Shown here piece after piece: positions 53,766 to 63,945 of a stretch of DNA of 64,000 nucleotides. The DNA is taken from assembly GCA_944383835.1 (NCBI GenBank), contig CALWRE010000158.1:6008-70007 (forward strand), in the 5' to 3' direction. A model generated the notes under the pieces. The model did no database searches. It was given only the letters and a program-made list of their open reading frames with translations, and had not been told where the DNA came from. The position numbers and the translations under genes are program-made. This stretch comes from an uncultured Lachnospiraceae bacterium. GTDB taxonomy: Bacteria; Bacillota; Clostridia; Lachnospirales; Lachnospiraceae. How positions within the stretch are numbered: the first letter of the stretch is position 1; each line of letters begins with the position of its first letter.

Positions 53766-53873
53766 TGATGAATATGCAGAACAAAAAGACCAGGAGGATC
53801 GTTACCGGCGTGATTATCGCCGTGCTGGTAATATCCATGGTTCTGCCGATGATTCTCAGTTATCTTATGTAAG
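53766..53873 (+). CDS. Possible 35-aa single-TM micropeptide
   Basis: MMNMQNKKTRRIVTGVIIAVLVISMVLPMILSYLM begins 7 nt after the radical SAM stop. There is no separate RBS beyond GGAGAG in the preceding codons. Confidence 0.3.
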
Positions 53874-54032
53874 AGGCTTATACCACTCTGGTCTTCGCTT
53901 ATGTGACCAATTCAATACGATTTTATGACAAGAGTATTACATTTTTGGCAGACGCTTGAAAAATCAAAGATTTCAGGTAAAATGGTACTGTGTAACTTTG
54001 GCATGCTTTTTGTAAAGAGGAGTTTGTAATTT

Positions 54033-55730
54033 ATGAAGATGCATAAAGGCGTAAAGCTTTTGGCCGCGTGTCTGGCCTGCGCCGTGCTGGCGATAGCCGG
54101 GAGGGCGTACGCAGCCTCGGGAACGGGGCAGGGAGCGGAGCCGGTGATAGCCGACGGGGTGTTTATCGGACAGGTAGACGTAAGCGGAATGACAAAGCAG
54201 GAAGCGGAGGCTGCGGTGGAGGCTTATGTGGATTCTCTTACCGGCAGCGATCTGATTCTTTCCTTTAATGGACAGGAGAGCAGGGTCAGCTTTTCCGAAC
54301 TGGGTTTTTCCTGGGACAATCCGGCTGTGGTAGACGAGGCCGCGGCCCTGGGAAACAGCGGGAATATCCTGGAGCGATATAAAGCAATCCGCAATCTGCA
54401 GAATCAGAATGTAACCCTGGAGCTGGAATATTCCTGGGACGACGACGCCCTGGAGACCTACCTGCAGGAGCAGGCGGACGAGATGGAGACGGAGCCGGTG
54501 GAGGCTACGATCACCCGGACCAGCTCGAACAGCAATCCTTTTGAGACGACGGAGTCGGAGACCGGCCTTACCGTAGACATTGCCTCCACGATCAAGGCGA
54601 TCAAAGAGGCGGTGGCCGCTGGCTGGAACGGCGGCGACCTGGAGGTAGAGGCTGTGGTGGAGGTGGTTGAGCCCCGGCTTACCACGGAGATTGTAGAAAG
54701 CATCCAGGACTTGCTGGGCGATCACTATACCAATTATAATCCGGCGGAGATAGACCGCTCGCAGAATCTGATCAACGGCACCGGCTTTATCAACGGCGTC
54801 GTAATGCTGCCCGGCGAGGAGATGTCCCTGCACGATTATCTCTACCCCTGCACGGTGGAGAACGGATACCGCAGCGCCATCGCCTATGCGGACGGCGGCT
54901 ATGTGGATTCCATCGGAGGCGGTATCTGCCAGATTTCCACGACGGTGTATAATGCCGTCCTGGAGGCGGAGTTTGAGGTAATCAGCCGCTATCCTCATTC
55001 GATGACGGTCAGCTATGCCGACCCCGGACTGGATTCCGCGCAGGCGGAGTCTTCCGGCAAGGATTTAAAATTTTCCAACAATACGGATTACCCGGTTTAT
55101 GTGGAGGCCTGGGCCAGAAACGGCCGTCTGTATGTGGCCTTCTGGGGTACGGAGACCCGCCCGGAGAACCGTGAGGTAGAATATTACAGCGAGTACACGG
55201 AGACCTATGTTTACAGCGGCCAGGTGCAGACCACCTATGACCCGAACCTGCCCTACGGCACGGTGACCGGCGTTCAGGGTGAGTATCCGAGGGTGACCGC
55301 CACGGCTTATAAGAGAGTGATTGTGGACGGAGAAGTGGTCAGCGAAGAGGTTATGCATACCGATACATACAGGGCTTCCATTGCCAAGCAGACGATTGGC
55401 ACCGGAGGGTTGACTGAAGAGGAGTATCTGGCCGGCGTACAGCCTTCTGGCGAGACGCAGGCGGAGACCCAGGCACAGCAGCAGGAGCAGCAACAGCAGC
55501 AGCAATCTACTACGCAGGCTCCTGCGGAGACGACGACAGCCGCGCCCACCGAGACGACGACTGCGGCGCCTGAGACGACTGCCCCCACCGAGTCGGCGAC
55601 CCAGCCGTCTGCGGAGACACAGCCGTCCTCCGAGGCAGCGACAGAGCCGTCGAGTGAGGCACCGCAGCCTGCGGAGACGGCGGCCCCTGCCGCTGACAGC
55701 GGGACGGGCGGGGAAAATGGCGCAGCATAA
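54033..55730 (+). CDS. VanW/YoaR-family cell-wall protein with G5-like C-domain (paralogue 1)
   Basis: Signal/TM, a PG-binding-like N-domains, the VanW core GGGICQISTTVYNAVLEAEF...PHSMTVSY, a G5-like domain, and a Gln/Thr/Ala/Glu/Pro-rich tail. Confidence 0.85.
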   Translation: MKMHKGVKLLAACLACAVLAIAGRAYAASGTGQGAEPVIADGVFIGQVDVSGMTKQEAEAAVEAYVDSLTGSDLILSFNGQESRVSFSELGFSWDNPAVVDEAAALGNSGNILERYKAIRNLQNQNVTLELEYSWDDDALETYLQEQADEMETEPVEATITRTSSNSNPFETTESETGLTVDIASTIKAIKEAVAAGWNGGDLEVEAVVEVVEPRLTTEIVESIQDLLGDHYTNYNPAEIDRSQNLINGTGFINGVVMLPGEEMSLHDYLYPCTVENGYRSAIAYADGGYVDSIGGGICQISTTVYNAVLEAEFEVISRYPHSMTVSYADPGLDSAQAESSGKDLKFSNNTDYPVYVEAWARNGRLYVAFWGTETRPENREVEYYSEYTETYVYSGQVQTTYDPNLPYGTVTGVQGEYPRVTATAYKRVIVDGEVVSEEVMHTDTYRASIAKQTIGTGGLTEEEYLAGVQPSGETQAETQAQQQEQQQQQQSTTQAPAETTTAAPTETTTAAPETTAPTESATQPSAETQPSSEAATEPSSEAPQPAETAAPAADSGTGGENGAA

Positions 55731-55854
55731 GAAAAACGGAATCGCCGCCGCAGGGCATCTGACTGCGGCGGCCTTCCTGCATACCGCAGCGGGAACGGAC
55801 AAAGCTGCGGAAATAAAGATATAAAAAGGGACAAATGTGAAAGGAGAAAGACAT

Positions 55855-57360
55855 ATGTCGGGGATACATTGGGGAAAGCTGCTGGCCGGATTTGCTTTGG
55901 CTGCGGCGGTTGCCTCCTTTGGCGCAGGCCAGGCCTATGCGGCGGAGGAAAGCGGCGAACAGGATAAGGATACGGTGATTGCGCAGGGCGTCAGCATTGA
56001 CGGCATTGATATAAGCGGAATGACCGCGGACGAAGCGAGACAGACGGTGGAAGAGTATGTGGACAGCCTGGAGAATGCCTGGCTCGATCTGACTTTTGCA
56101 GGACAGGAAGGGGAGGAGGAAGAACGGCTGCGTTTTTCCGACCTGGGCTTTAGCTGGGACAATCCGGAGGTGGTGGATCAGGCGGCCGCCCTTGGCAATA
56201 CCGGCAACCTCCTGGAGCGCTACCAGGAAATCCGCGATCTGGAGAATGAGAACGTAGATTTGTCCATAGAATATTCCTGGGACGATTCGATCCTGCGCGA
56301 GTTTTTGAATGAGCAGGCCGAGGAAAGGGATGCGGAGCCTGTGAATGCGACCATGACCCGCAGAGGCAGCGGTTTTGAGGTGACGGAGTCGGTCACCGGC
56401 CTTTCCTTAGATGTGAACGCGACGATAGAGGCGGTAAAAACCGCCATCGAGACGGATGGGCTGCACGGACAGGATGTGAGCCTGGACGCTGTGGTGGAGG
56501 TGACGGAGCCGGAACTGACCACGGAGATGGCCGAGTCGGTGCAGGATATTCTGGGCGAGTATGACACGCCCTACAATCCGGCCGAAACCGACCGTACCCA
56601 GAATCTGGCGACGGCCTGCAATTATATCAACGGCGTAATCCTGCTGCCGGGCGAGTCCCTGTCTTTCTTTGACTATCTGTATCCGGTGACGGCGGAGAGA
56701 GGATATAGGGGAGCCGTGGCTTATCAGGGCGGACGCTATGTCGATTCCCTGGGCGGCGGCCTGTGCCAGGTGTCCACCACCTGCTACAATGCGGTTCTTC
56801 TGGCGGAGCTGGACGTATTGTCCCGTTCGCCTCACAGCATGACGGTTTCCTATGTGGAGCCGGGGCTGGATTCCGGACAGGCCTGGTCCTCCGGCAAAAA
56901 CCTGGAGTTTGCAAATAACACCGATTATCCGGTCTATGTGGAGGCTTGGGTCTCCGGCGGCACTCTTTATATCGGCCTCTGGGGCAAGGAAACCCGGCCG
57001 GATAACCGCACCATCCGTTATGGCAGCGATGTGACGGAGGAATGGCCTTACGCCGGCCAGACCGTTTACGAATATGACCCTTCCCTTCCCTATGGAGTTC
57101 AGCAGCAGACGCAGGGAGAATATCCCAAGGCGACCGGCCATGCCTATAAGGAGGTCTATATCGACGGGGAACTGGTCAGCAAGGAATATTTAAGCGATGA
57201 GGTCGATATCTATCGGGCGACGCCCCGGTATGTATCCATCGGCACCGGCGGGCTGACCCAGGAGGAATACCTGGCAGGAGTCCTGCCGGAGGGAATGACC
57301 CCGGAGCAGGCCGCGATCGCCCGCGGGGAGGCGCCGGCCGAGACCCAGCCCGCCCAGTGA
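55855..57360 (+). CDS. VanW/YoaR-family cell-wall protein (paralogue 2)
   Basis: AAAGGAGAAAG RBS. Same architecture, with core GGGLCQVSTTCYNAVLLAEL...PHSMTVSY. Confidence 0.85.
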   Translation: MSGIHWGKLLAGFALAAAVASFGAGQAYAAEESGEQDKDTVIAQGVSIDGIDISGMTADEARQTVEEYVDSLENAWLDLTFAGQEGEEEERLRFSDLGFSWDNPEVVDQAAALGNTGNLLERYQEIRDLENENVDLSIEYSWDDSILREFLNEQAEERDAEPVNATMTRRGSGFEVTESVTGLSLDVNATIEAVKTAIETDGLHGQDVSLDAVVEVTEPELTTEMAESVQDILGEYDTPYNPAETDRTQNLATACNYINGVILLPGESLSFFDYLYPVTAERGYRGAVAYQGGRYVDSLGGGLCQVSTTCYNAVLLAELDVLSRSPHSMTVSYVEPGLDSGQAWSSGKNLEFANNTDYPVYVEAWVSGGTLYIGLWGKETRPDNRTIRYGSDVTEEWPYAGQTVYEYDPSLPYGVQQQTQGEYPKATGHAYKEVYIDGELVSKEYLSDEVDIYRATPRYVSIGTGGLTQEEYLAGVLPEGMTPEQAAIARGEAPAETQPAQ

Positions 57361-57485
57361 TCCTTCTTCCCGGCGGATGGCTTCCGGCGGCGCAGCCGCC
57401 AACCAGCAGATAAAAAACAGACAGACACAGGATAAGTAATCAGGGATCAGAAGCAATAAAATGTAAAAGCAGAGGAGTTATTGTG

Positions 57486-59048
57486 ATGAGAGGAAAAAAA
57501 CTTGCAGCAGCATGGTTTGTCCTCGCTGTCCTGTGTCTGACCGGCTTTTCCCGGCTGTGGGGCGGAGAGGCGATGCACAGCCAGGCGGCCGGGAGCCGGA
57601 ACGAGAACCAGAGCGAGAGCCAGAGAGGCGAGGGCCGCGCGTATCAGGAACGGACGGCAGACGGGCAGACGGGAGAGAGCCGGGCCGCCGGGAACGGGGA
57701 AACCGGGGAAGCGGCACAGGCCGGCGACGGGACGGGAAACGACCGCGGCAGGATTGCGCGCGGGGTAAAGATCGGCGAAGTGGATGTGGGCGGCCTGACG
57801 CAGGAAGAGGCGAAACAGGCCGTGGAAGAGTATTTTGCGCCTTATCGGAATGGTACGCTTTGCCTTTCCATCCATGGGGAGGAGGCGGAGATTGGCTTTG
57901 GCCAGCTGGGAATGAGCTGGGATAATCCCGAGGTAATCAGCCAGGCAGCCGCCTGCGCCCGTTCCGGCAATCTGCTGGAGCGTTATCGGGAGGAAAGGCG
58001 TATTGAGAGGGAGGAGGAAGTCCTCCCCTTCGCATATTCTGTGGAGGATGGATTGCTGCTTGCCTGGGTGAACGCCCAGGCGGAGGAACACAATACGCCT
58101 GCGGTGGACGCGGCGATTACCCGAAGAGGAGGCAGCTTCACCGTCACCCCTTCCGCAGACGGCTTGTCGGTAGATGTGGAGGCTACTTTGGAAAGGATCC
58201 GCCAGGAGCTCACCGGATATCAGGGCGGAGAGCTCCGGGTGGAGGCGGTGACGGAGGTGCTCGAACCGAAATATAAGGAAGAGGAGCTTTCGCTGATCCA
58301 GGACTGCCTGGGCGAGCATTCCACTTCCTACAATGCGGCCAGCGCGGACCGCAGCCAGAACCTGGTCAATGGAACCGGTTTTATTGACGGAGTGGTGCTT
58401 CTGCCCGGCGAAACCTTATCCCTCTACGATTATCTTTATCCCTGTACCGAGGAAAACGGATACCGCTCGGCCATTGCCTATGTGGACGGGGGCTATGTGG
58501 ATTCCATCGGAGGAGGAATCTGCCAGATTTCCACGACCCTCTACAATGCCCTGTTAAAAGCGGAGCTCAAAGTCCTGACCCGCTCGCCCCATTCGATGAC
58601 GGTCAGCTACGCGGAGCCGGGCTTTGATTCGGCCCAGGCCGAGGGCAGCAAGGATTTAAGCTTTATGAATTCCACGGAGTATCCGGTCTATCTGGAGGCC
58701 TGGGCTGTGGACGGAGAACTGCATACCGCCCTGTGGGGCAGGGATGACCGCCCGGATAACCGGGAGGTTGTCTATTACAATGAAATCATCAGCCGGGTAA
58801 GCCCCGGCGATCCAATCTATACGGAAGATCCTTCCCTCCCGGCCGGAACGACGGTGACCGACCAGCAGCCCTATGACGCCATCAAGGCGGCCCTGTATAA
58901 GCAGGTGCTGATCGACGGCGAAGTGGTGGAGACCACCCTGCTTCACACCGACCGATATCGCGCTTCGCCGGCTAAGATTCGGGTGGGAACCGGGGCCCCG
59001 GCGGAATCGCCGACAGAGGCCCCGGCCGAGGAGACGCCGGCGCAGTAA
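57486..59048 (+). CDS. VanW/YoaR-family cell-wall protein (paralogue 3)
   Basis: Same architecture, with core GGGICQISTTLYNALLKAEL...PHSMTVSY. It has a longer Gly/Glu/Ala-rich N-terminal linker. Confidence 0.85.
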   Translation: MRGKKLAAAWFVLAVLCLTGFSRLWGGEAMHSQAAGSRNENQSESQRGEGRAYQERTADGQTGESRAAGNGETGEAAQAGDGTGNDRGRIARGVKIGEVDVGGLTQEEAKQAVEEYFAPYRNGTLCLSIHGEEAEIGFGQLGMSWDNPEVISQAAACARSGNLLERYREERRIEREEEVLPFAYSVEDGLLLAWVNAQAEEHNTPAVDAAITRRGGSFTVTPSADGLSVDVEATLERIRQELTGYQGGELRVEAVTEVLEPKYKEEELSLIQDCLGEHSTSYNAASADRSQNLVNGTGFIDGVVLLPGETLSLYDYLYPCTEENGYRSAIAYVDGGYVDSIGGGICQISTTLYNALLKAELKVLTRSPHSMTVSYAEPGFDSAQAEGSKDLSFMNSTEYPVYLEAWAVDGELHTALWGRDDRPDNREVVYYNEIISRVSPGDPIYTEDPSLPAGTTVTDQQPYDAIKAALYKQVLIDGEVVETTLLHTDRYRASPAKIRVGTGAPAESPTEAPAEETPAQ

Positions 59049-59157
59049 GACAGTTTCGGGAAGGATGGAGAGGCAGCGGAACCCCGCGGCTCTCTGTCCT
59101 TTCCGAAAGGGCGGGAGAAAGAGAAAAAACAGGACAGAAGAGATGGAAGGAAAAAGG

Positions 59158-59706
59158 ATGGAGCTGGTGATGGGCGGATATCTGGCCCTGGAGGGGACGG
59201 CGGCCGCCGTGAAGCTGGCGGAAAGTAAGCTGTCTGTCCGCCTGCCGCAGGAGCTTTTGGAGGCTGCGGGAGAACTTTGGGAGGAACAGAGCCGGGCGTT
59301 TCGCCGTTTTGCTGCAAATCGGGAGCCGAATGAAGAATACGGCTCGTTTTACTATATAGAGGAGGGAGAAAGCCTCTTTCATGGGCTGTGGCAGCTTTCC
59401 CTTCTGTGGAAGACCGGCTTTCACGCGGATCTTCTTCGTCTCCCGCTGCGGCAGGAGACGGTGGAAATCTGTGAATGTCTGGAACTAAACCCCTATGGGC
59501 TTAGAAGCGGCGGCTGTCTGTTGGCCGCCTGTGAAAACGGAGGCCAGCTGGTGCGGATTCTCCGGGAAAACGGCCTTGCCGCCGGGGTGATCGGGGAATT
59601 GACCGATAACCGGGATAAGCTTTTGACACATGGACGGACCACCAGCTGCCTGAATCGTCCCGAGCCGGATGAACTGGAACGATGGGCGGCCGGTGTGATG
59701 CAATAG
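59158..59706 (+). CDS. AIR-synthase-related C-terminal-domain-like protein
   Basis: Resembles the C-terminal domain of PurM/HypE/ThiL-fold proteins (GG.LLA...G..LV..L...G..A.VIGE.T). There is no N-terminal ATP-binding domain. Confidence 0.4.
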   Translation: MELVMGGYLALEGTAAAVKLAESKLSVRLPQELLEAAGELWEEQSRAFRRFAANREPNEEYGSFYYIEEGESLFHGLWQLSLLWKTGFHADLLRLPLRQETVEICECLELNPYGLRSGGCLLAACENGGQLVRILRENGLAAGVIGELTDNRDKLLTHGRTTSCLNRPEPDELERWAAGVMQ

Positions 59707-59733
59707 ATTAAAAAGAGGAAAGGATGGGCAGGT

Positions 59734-60216
59734 ATGAGAGAAAAAATTCTATGGATGCTGGAAAAAAACAGCCGTATTGATCTGAAGGAGCTGGCGGTGA
59801 TGCTGGGCACCGACGAGGCGACGGTGGCCAATGAGATCGCCGAGATGGAGAAGGAGAATATTATCTGCGGCTATCACACGATGATCAACTGGGAAAACAC
59901 CTCCGAGGAAAAGGTAATCGCCCTGATTGAGGTGCGGGTAACCCCCCAGCGCGGGATGGGTTTTGACAAGCTGGCCGAGCGAATCTACCGCTATGAGGAG
60001 GTGGAGACGGTCTATCTGATGAGCGGCGGCTATGACTTTACCGTAATCCTCGACGGGAAAACTCTGCGGGAGGTCTCGCGCTTCGTATCGGAGAAGCTGG
60101 CGACCCTGGATTCGGTTCTCAGCACCTCCACCCATTTCGTATTGAAAAAGTACAAGGAGCATGGAACCATTTTGGCTGAGAGACCGAGGGATGAAAGGAT
60201 GCTGGTGACGCCGTGA
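59734..60216 (+). CDS. Lrp/AsnC-family transcriptional regulator
   Basis: HTH at the N-terminus (ILWMLEKNSRIDLKELAVMLG) and a C-terminal RAM domain. Confidence 0.9.
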   Translation: MREKILWMLEKNSRIDLKELAVMLGTDEATVANEIAEMEKENIICGYHTMINWENTSEEKVIALIEVRVTPQRGMGFDKLAERIYRYEEVETVYLMSGGYDFTVILDGKTLREVSRFVSEKLATLDSVLSTSTHFVLKKYKEHGTILAERPRDERMLVTP

Positions 60217-61400
60217 GAAATTTTCTGTCTGATAAAAGCGTGGGCTTAAAGCCCTCGGGAATCCGCAAATTTTTTGATATCGTAAGCGAGATGCCGGACG
60301 CCATCTCCTTAGGCGTGGGCGAGCCGGACTTTGATACGCCCTGGCATATCCGGGAAGAGGGAATCTATTCCCTGGAAAAGGGGAGAACCTTTTATACTTC
60401 CAACGCGGGCTTAAAGGAGCTGAAGGTGGAGATCTGCCGCTATCTGAAGCGCCGCGTTCATCTGGATTACGACCCGGATCACGAGGTATTGGTGACCGTC
60501 GGCGGCAGCGAGGCCATCGACATTGCGATGCGTGCCATTTTAAATCCCGGCGACGAGGTGCTGATCCCCCAGCCCAGCTATGTGTCCTATGAGCCCTGCT
60601 GCATTTTGGCCGACGGGGCGCCGGTGATCGTGGAATTAAAGGAGGAGAATCAGTTCCGCTTAAAGCCGGAGCAGCTGCTGGCGGCCATCACCGACCGGAC
60701 GAAGATTCTGGTAATGCCCTTCCCTAATAACCCCACCGGCGCCATCATGGAGAGGGAGGACCTGGAGGCCATCGCCAAGGTTCTGATCGAGAAGGATATC
60801 TTTGTTCTCTCCGATGAAATTTATTCGGAGCTGACCTACGGGCAGGATCATGTGTCCATCGCATCGATTCCGGGAATGAAGGAGAGAACCCTTGTGATCA
60901 ACGGCTTTTCCAAGTCCTATGCCATGACCGGCTGGCGCTTGGGCTATGCGGCCGGGCCGGCGGATCTGATTGCGGAGATGATCAAGATCCATCAGTATGC
61001 CATCATGTGTGCCCCTACGACCAGCCAGTACGCGGCAGTGGAGGCCATGCGCTATGGGGACGGCGACGTGGCAAAAATGCGGGAGGCCTACGACGGCCGC
61101 CGCCGTTTCCTGCTCCACGCGATCCGGGAGATGGGCCTGCCCTGCTTCGAGGCCAGGGGGGCTTTCTATGTTTTCCCCAATATCAGCCGTTTCGGGATGA
61201 GCAGCGAGGATTTTGCCACCCAGCTTCTGCAGGAGGAGAAGGTGGCCGTGGTGCCGGGGACGGCTTTCGGCGACTGCGGCGAGGGATTTATCCGTATTTC
61301 CTATGCCTATTCTCTGGAGAATTTAAAGGAGGCGCTGGGAAGGGTGGCCCATTTTGTAAACCGGCTGGACAGCAGGCAGGGCGGTGCGCCCCATGCTTAA
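60213..61400 (+). CDS. PLP-dependent aminotransferase class I (aspartate/aromatic type)
   Basis: PSGIRKFFD, GEPDFDTP, NPTGA and SKSYAMTGWRLGY (PLP lysine). The start overlaps the lrp stop. Confidence 0.9.
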   Translation: MRNFLSDKSVGLKPSGIRKFFDIVSEMPDAISLGVGEPDFDTPWHIREEGIYSLEKGRTFYTSNAGLKELKVEICRYLKRRVHLDYDPDHEVLVTVGGSEAIDIAMRAILNPGDEVLIPQPSYVSYEPCCILADGAPVIVELKEENQFRLKPEQLLAAITDRTKILVMPFPNNPTGAIMEREDLEAIAKVLIEKDIFVLSDEIYSELTYGQDHVSIASIPGMKERTLVINGFSKSYAMTGWRLGYAAGPADLIAEMIKIHQYAIMCAPTTSQYAAVEAMRYGDGDVAKMREAYDGRRRFLLHAIREMGLPCFEARGAFYVFPNISRFGMSSEDFATQLLQEEKVAVVPGTAFGDCGEGFIRISYAYSLENLKEALGRVAHFVNRLDSRQGGAPHA

Positions 61401-61893
61401 TGTCGTTCTCCATGAGCCGGAGATTCCGGCCAATACCGGGAACATCGGCCGCACCTGCGTGGCGACCGGTTCCCGCCTGCATCTGATCAAACCCCTCGGC
61501 TTTTCGCTGGACGAAAAGCAGTTAAAGAGGGCCGGTCTCGATTACTGGCCCCATTTGGATGTGACAGTCTATGAAAATTTTGAGGATTTTCTGTCCCGCA
61601 ATCCGGGAGCGAAAATATACATGGCCAGCACCAAGGGGCATCATGTCTATACGGAGGTTTCCTATGAGCCGGACTGCTATCTGATGTTCGGCAAGGAAAG
61701 CGCCGGCATCCCGGAGGAGATTCTGCTGGACTATGAGGATACCACCGTGCGGATTCCGATGAATGCGGATATCCGTTCCCTGAATCTGTCCAATTCGGCA
61801 GCCATCCTGGTTTATGAGGCCCTGCGCCAGCAGAACTTCGCCGGAATGCAGACGGAGGGGCAGCTGCACCGGCTGCACTGGCAGAAAGGGTGA
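61393..61893 (+). CDS. trmL: tRNA (cytidine/uridine-2'-O-)-methyltransferase TrmL (SpoU/TrmH family)
   Basis: MLNVVLHEPEIPANTGNIGRTC...LGFSLDEKQLKRAGLDYW...FG.E..G. Confidence 0.9.
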   Translation: MLNVVLHEPEIPANTGNIGRTCVATGSRLHLIKPLGFSLDEKQLKRAGLDYWPHLDVTVYENFEDFLSRNPGAKIYMASTKGHHVYTEVSYEPDCYLMFGKESAGIPEEILLDYEDTTVRIPMNADIRSLNLSNSAAILVYEALRQQNFAGMQTEGQLHRLHWQKG

Positions 61894-61898
61894 GGAGA

Positions 61899-62954
61899 TC
61901 AGTCCAGCTGCACCAGTACGCCGCAGTTGGGCTGATCAATTTTTACAGGGGCCGCGTTCATGACGATCAGGCCCTTTTCATAATTGAGGGTAAAGAAAGT
62001 CAGCGTGCATTCCTCATAATTGATGCTGCATACGTGCTGCTCATCGGGAAAGAGGATGAAATCCTTCGGATAGCGCCCGCTGACCGGCAGGGAGAAACGG
62101 GGGGTCAGAAGGCCGGTCTCCGGATCGCGGTCCAGCATCCCCAGACAGTTGTCCCCGGCGCTGGTAAAGAGCAGGTGCTTTTCATCGGAGGTCAGATCCA
62201 GGTGGAGGGCTGCCGTCACGGAGCTGCTGGGGCTGCGCTTGCCCACCGTGGGGATTGTCTGCAGGCGGCAGAATTCCGGATGGGTGCCGCAGTCCTTATA
62301 GGAGTAGGCCGTGATGGTGTTGGCCATTTGAGAGATTACATACAGGAAACGGGCGTCGCGGCTGAATACGATCTGGTTGGGGGCGGACTGAATATCGCAG
62401 TGCAGGATGTGGGCCACTTCCAGCTTGCCGGTCTCCTGGTCAAAGCGGAAAACCTTGATATTGTCCAGGCCCAGATCCACCGAGCAGAGATATTTGCCGT
62501 CGGGGGTGAAGCGGACGCAGCTGATATGGGGCTGGGAATCGCGCTCGGCGATGCTGCCCATCCCCTGGTCAAACATCCAGCCGGTGATCTCCCCGACCGA
62601 ACCGTCCTCGCGGATGCGAAGCACCGTGGTCTTGCCATCGTGGTAGCCGGCCACCGCAATATAACGGCCGGAAGGATGGATATCGAGGAAATGCCCTCTC
62701 ATGCCCCGGATGGAGGCGGCGCCGATTTTTTTGAGACTGCCGTCTGCGAGAATCTGAAAGCTTACAATCCCCTCGTCTGCGATGGAATACAGATAGCGAT
62801 GATCTGCCGACACGATCAGATGGGAGGAATTATCCACGTCCACCTCCTCGCGCTTGCTCATGGAGTTTTTTTCCGTATCCACGTCCAGGATCGTTATGCC
62901 GCGGCTATTGCCGATATACGTGTAAGAGCCGATATAGGCTACATATTTGCTCAT
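61899..62954 (-). CDS. Beta-propeller lactonase-family protein (6-phosphogluconolactonase-like)
   Basis: The N-terminus YIGSYT and repeated blade pattern are typical of the 7-bladed lactonase family. Confidence 0.8.
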   Translation of the reverse strand: MSKYVAYIGSYTYIGNSRGITILDVDTEKNSMSKREEVDVDNSSHLIVSADHRYLYSIADEGIVSFQILADGSLKKIGAASIRGMRGHFLDIHPSGRYIAVAGYHDGKTTVLRIREDGSVGEITGWMFDQGMGSIAERDSQPHISCVRFTPDGKYLCSVDLGLDNIKVFRFDQETGKLEVAHILHCDIQSAPNQIVFSRDARFLYVISQMANTITAYSYKDCGTHPEFCRLQTIPTVGKRSPSSSVTAALHLDLTSDEKHLLFTSAGDNCLGMLDRDPETGLLTPRFSLPVSGRYPKDFILFPDEQHVCSINYEECTLTFFTLNYEKGLIVMNAAPVKIDQPNCGVLVQLD

Positions 62955-63157
62955 GGTAATTGCCCTCCGTATTGTCTGTTGTCTGAAGCCCGAATAAACA
63001 TCTAAATTCCAACAATTTTATCATAGCACACCTTGGAGGGAATGTTAAGGCGTTTTTTCAGTGGAAAATCTCGAAGGAAATCTTGAAGGATAGGTGCGGC
63101 AGGGCTATAATCTCTTAACAGAGAGATTGACAATGGATAGACGAGATGGAGGGAGAA

Positions 63158-63928
63158 ATGAAATACTTGTTGGGAACAGTGGCTCATATATTGGGCGTAA
63201 CAAAGGGGACAGTCCGCAACTATGAAAAGCTGGGATTGATTCAGTCGGAGCGGGATCCGCAGAATAATTACCGGTATTACCGGTTTGAGGACGTGGACGA
63301 GCTGCGTAAAATCCGCTCTTTTCGGAATATGGGATTTTCGTTGGAGGAAATTCGGGAGTTAATGGCCGGGGGCGATCTGGAAACGATAGAGAGAGAACTT
63401 GCTCATAAGAAAAAGGAGCTGGCAGAGGAAAAACGAAAGCTGGAGATCCAACTGGAGAATGTGGACAGTGTAAAAACGCGGCTGGGTCTGCTGGAAAAGG
63501 TAGGAGAGATTACTAGGGTGGAACGCCCTTGGCTTTTTTGGATACCAGCGGAGGGGGAGGACGAAGATGAACAGGGTGCTTGGACGGAGGCAATGCCGGA
63601 TACGTCGATTTCGCCGCTGTTTGAGAGGAAAGACGGCAAGATGAGAGCTAGAGTCGGATTCTGTGCCGAAAAGGAAATCTTTTACCGCAGAAAGCTGCCG
63701 GGCGGCAGATATTTACGGGAATTTTCCCCCTGCCTGTGCGCCAGACAGGTTATTGCCTATCATGCCCCGCAGAATGACATATATGAGGAGGAAATTTTTG
63801 AAAAAATGAAAAGCTATCTGTGTGACTGCGGGCTGAAGGAACCCCAAGAATTTATTGGACGAGGGATCTTTACCCTTGGCCAGGGGGAGGAGAGAACTTT
63901 TTATGCAGAAATATGGAGTCCGCTTTAA
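63158..63928 (+). CDS. MerR-family transcriptional regulator with C-terminal effector-binding domain
   Basis: HTH LLGTVAHILGVTKGTVRNYEKLGLI...YRYY, a coiled coil, then a GyrI-like C-domain. Confidence 0.85.
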   Translation: MKYLLGTVAHILGVTKGTVRNYEKLGLIQSERDPQNNYRYYRFEDVDELRKIRSFRNMGFSLEEIRELMAGGDLETIERELAHKKKELAEEKRKLEIQLENVDSVKTRLGLLEKVGEITRVERPWLFWIPAEGEDEDEQGAWTEAMPDTSISPLFERKDGKMRARVGFCAEKEIFYRRKLPGGRYLREFSPCLCARQVIAYHAPQNDIYEEEIFEKMKSYLCDCGLKEPQEFIGRGIFTLGQGEERTFYAEIWSPL

Positions 63929-63945
63929 AAAATAAAAAAATCCTC

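Noticed and set aside
24859-59048. Vancomycin-resistance cluster suggested by a VanX/VanY-like M15 peptidase and three VanW proteins
   Set aside because: The genes are about 28 kb apart. There is no D-Ala-D-Lac/Ser ligase, VanH dehydrogenase or VanRS. These are generic cell-wall proteins.
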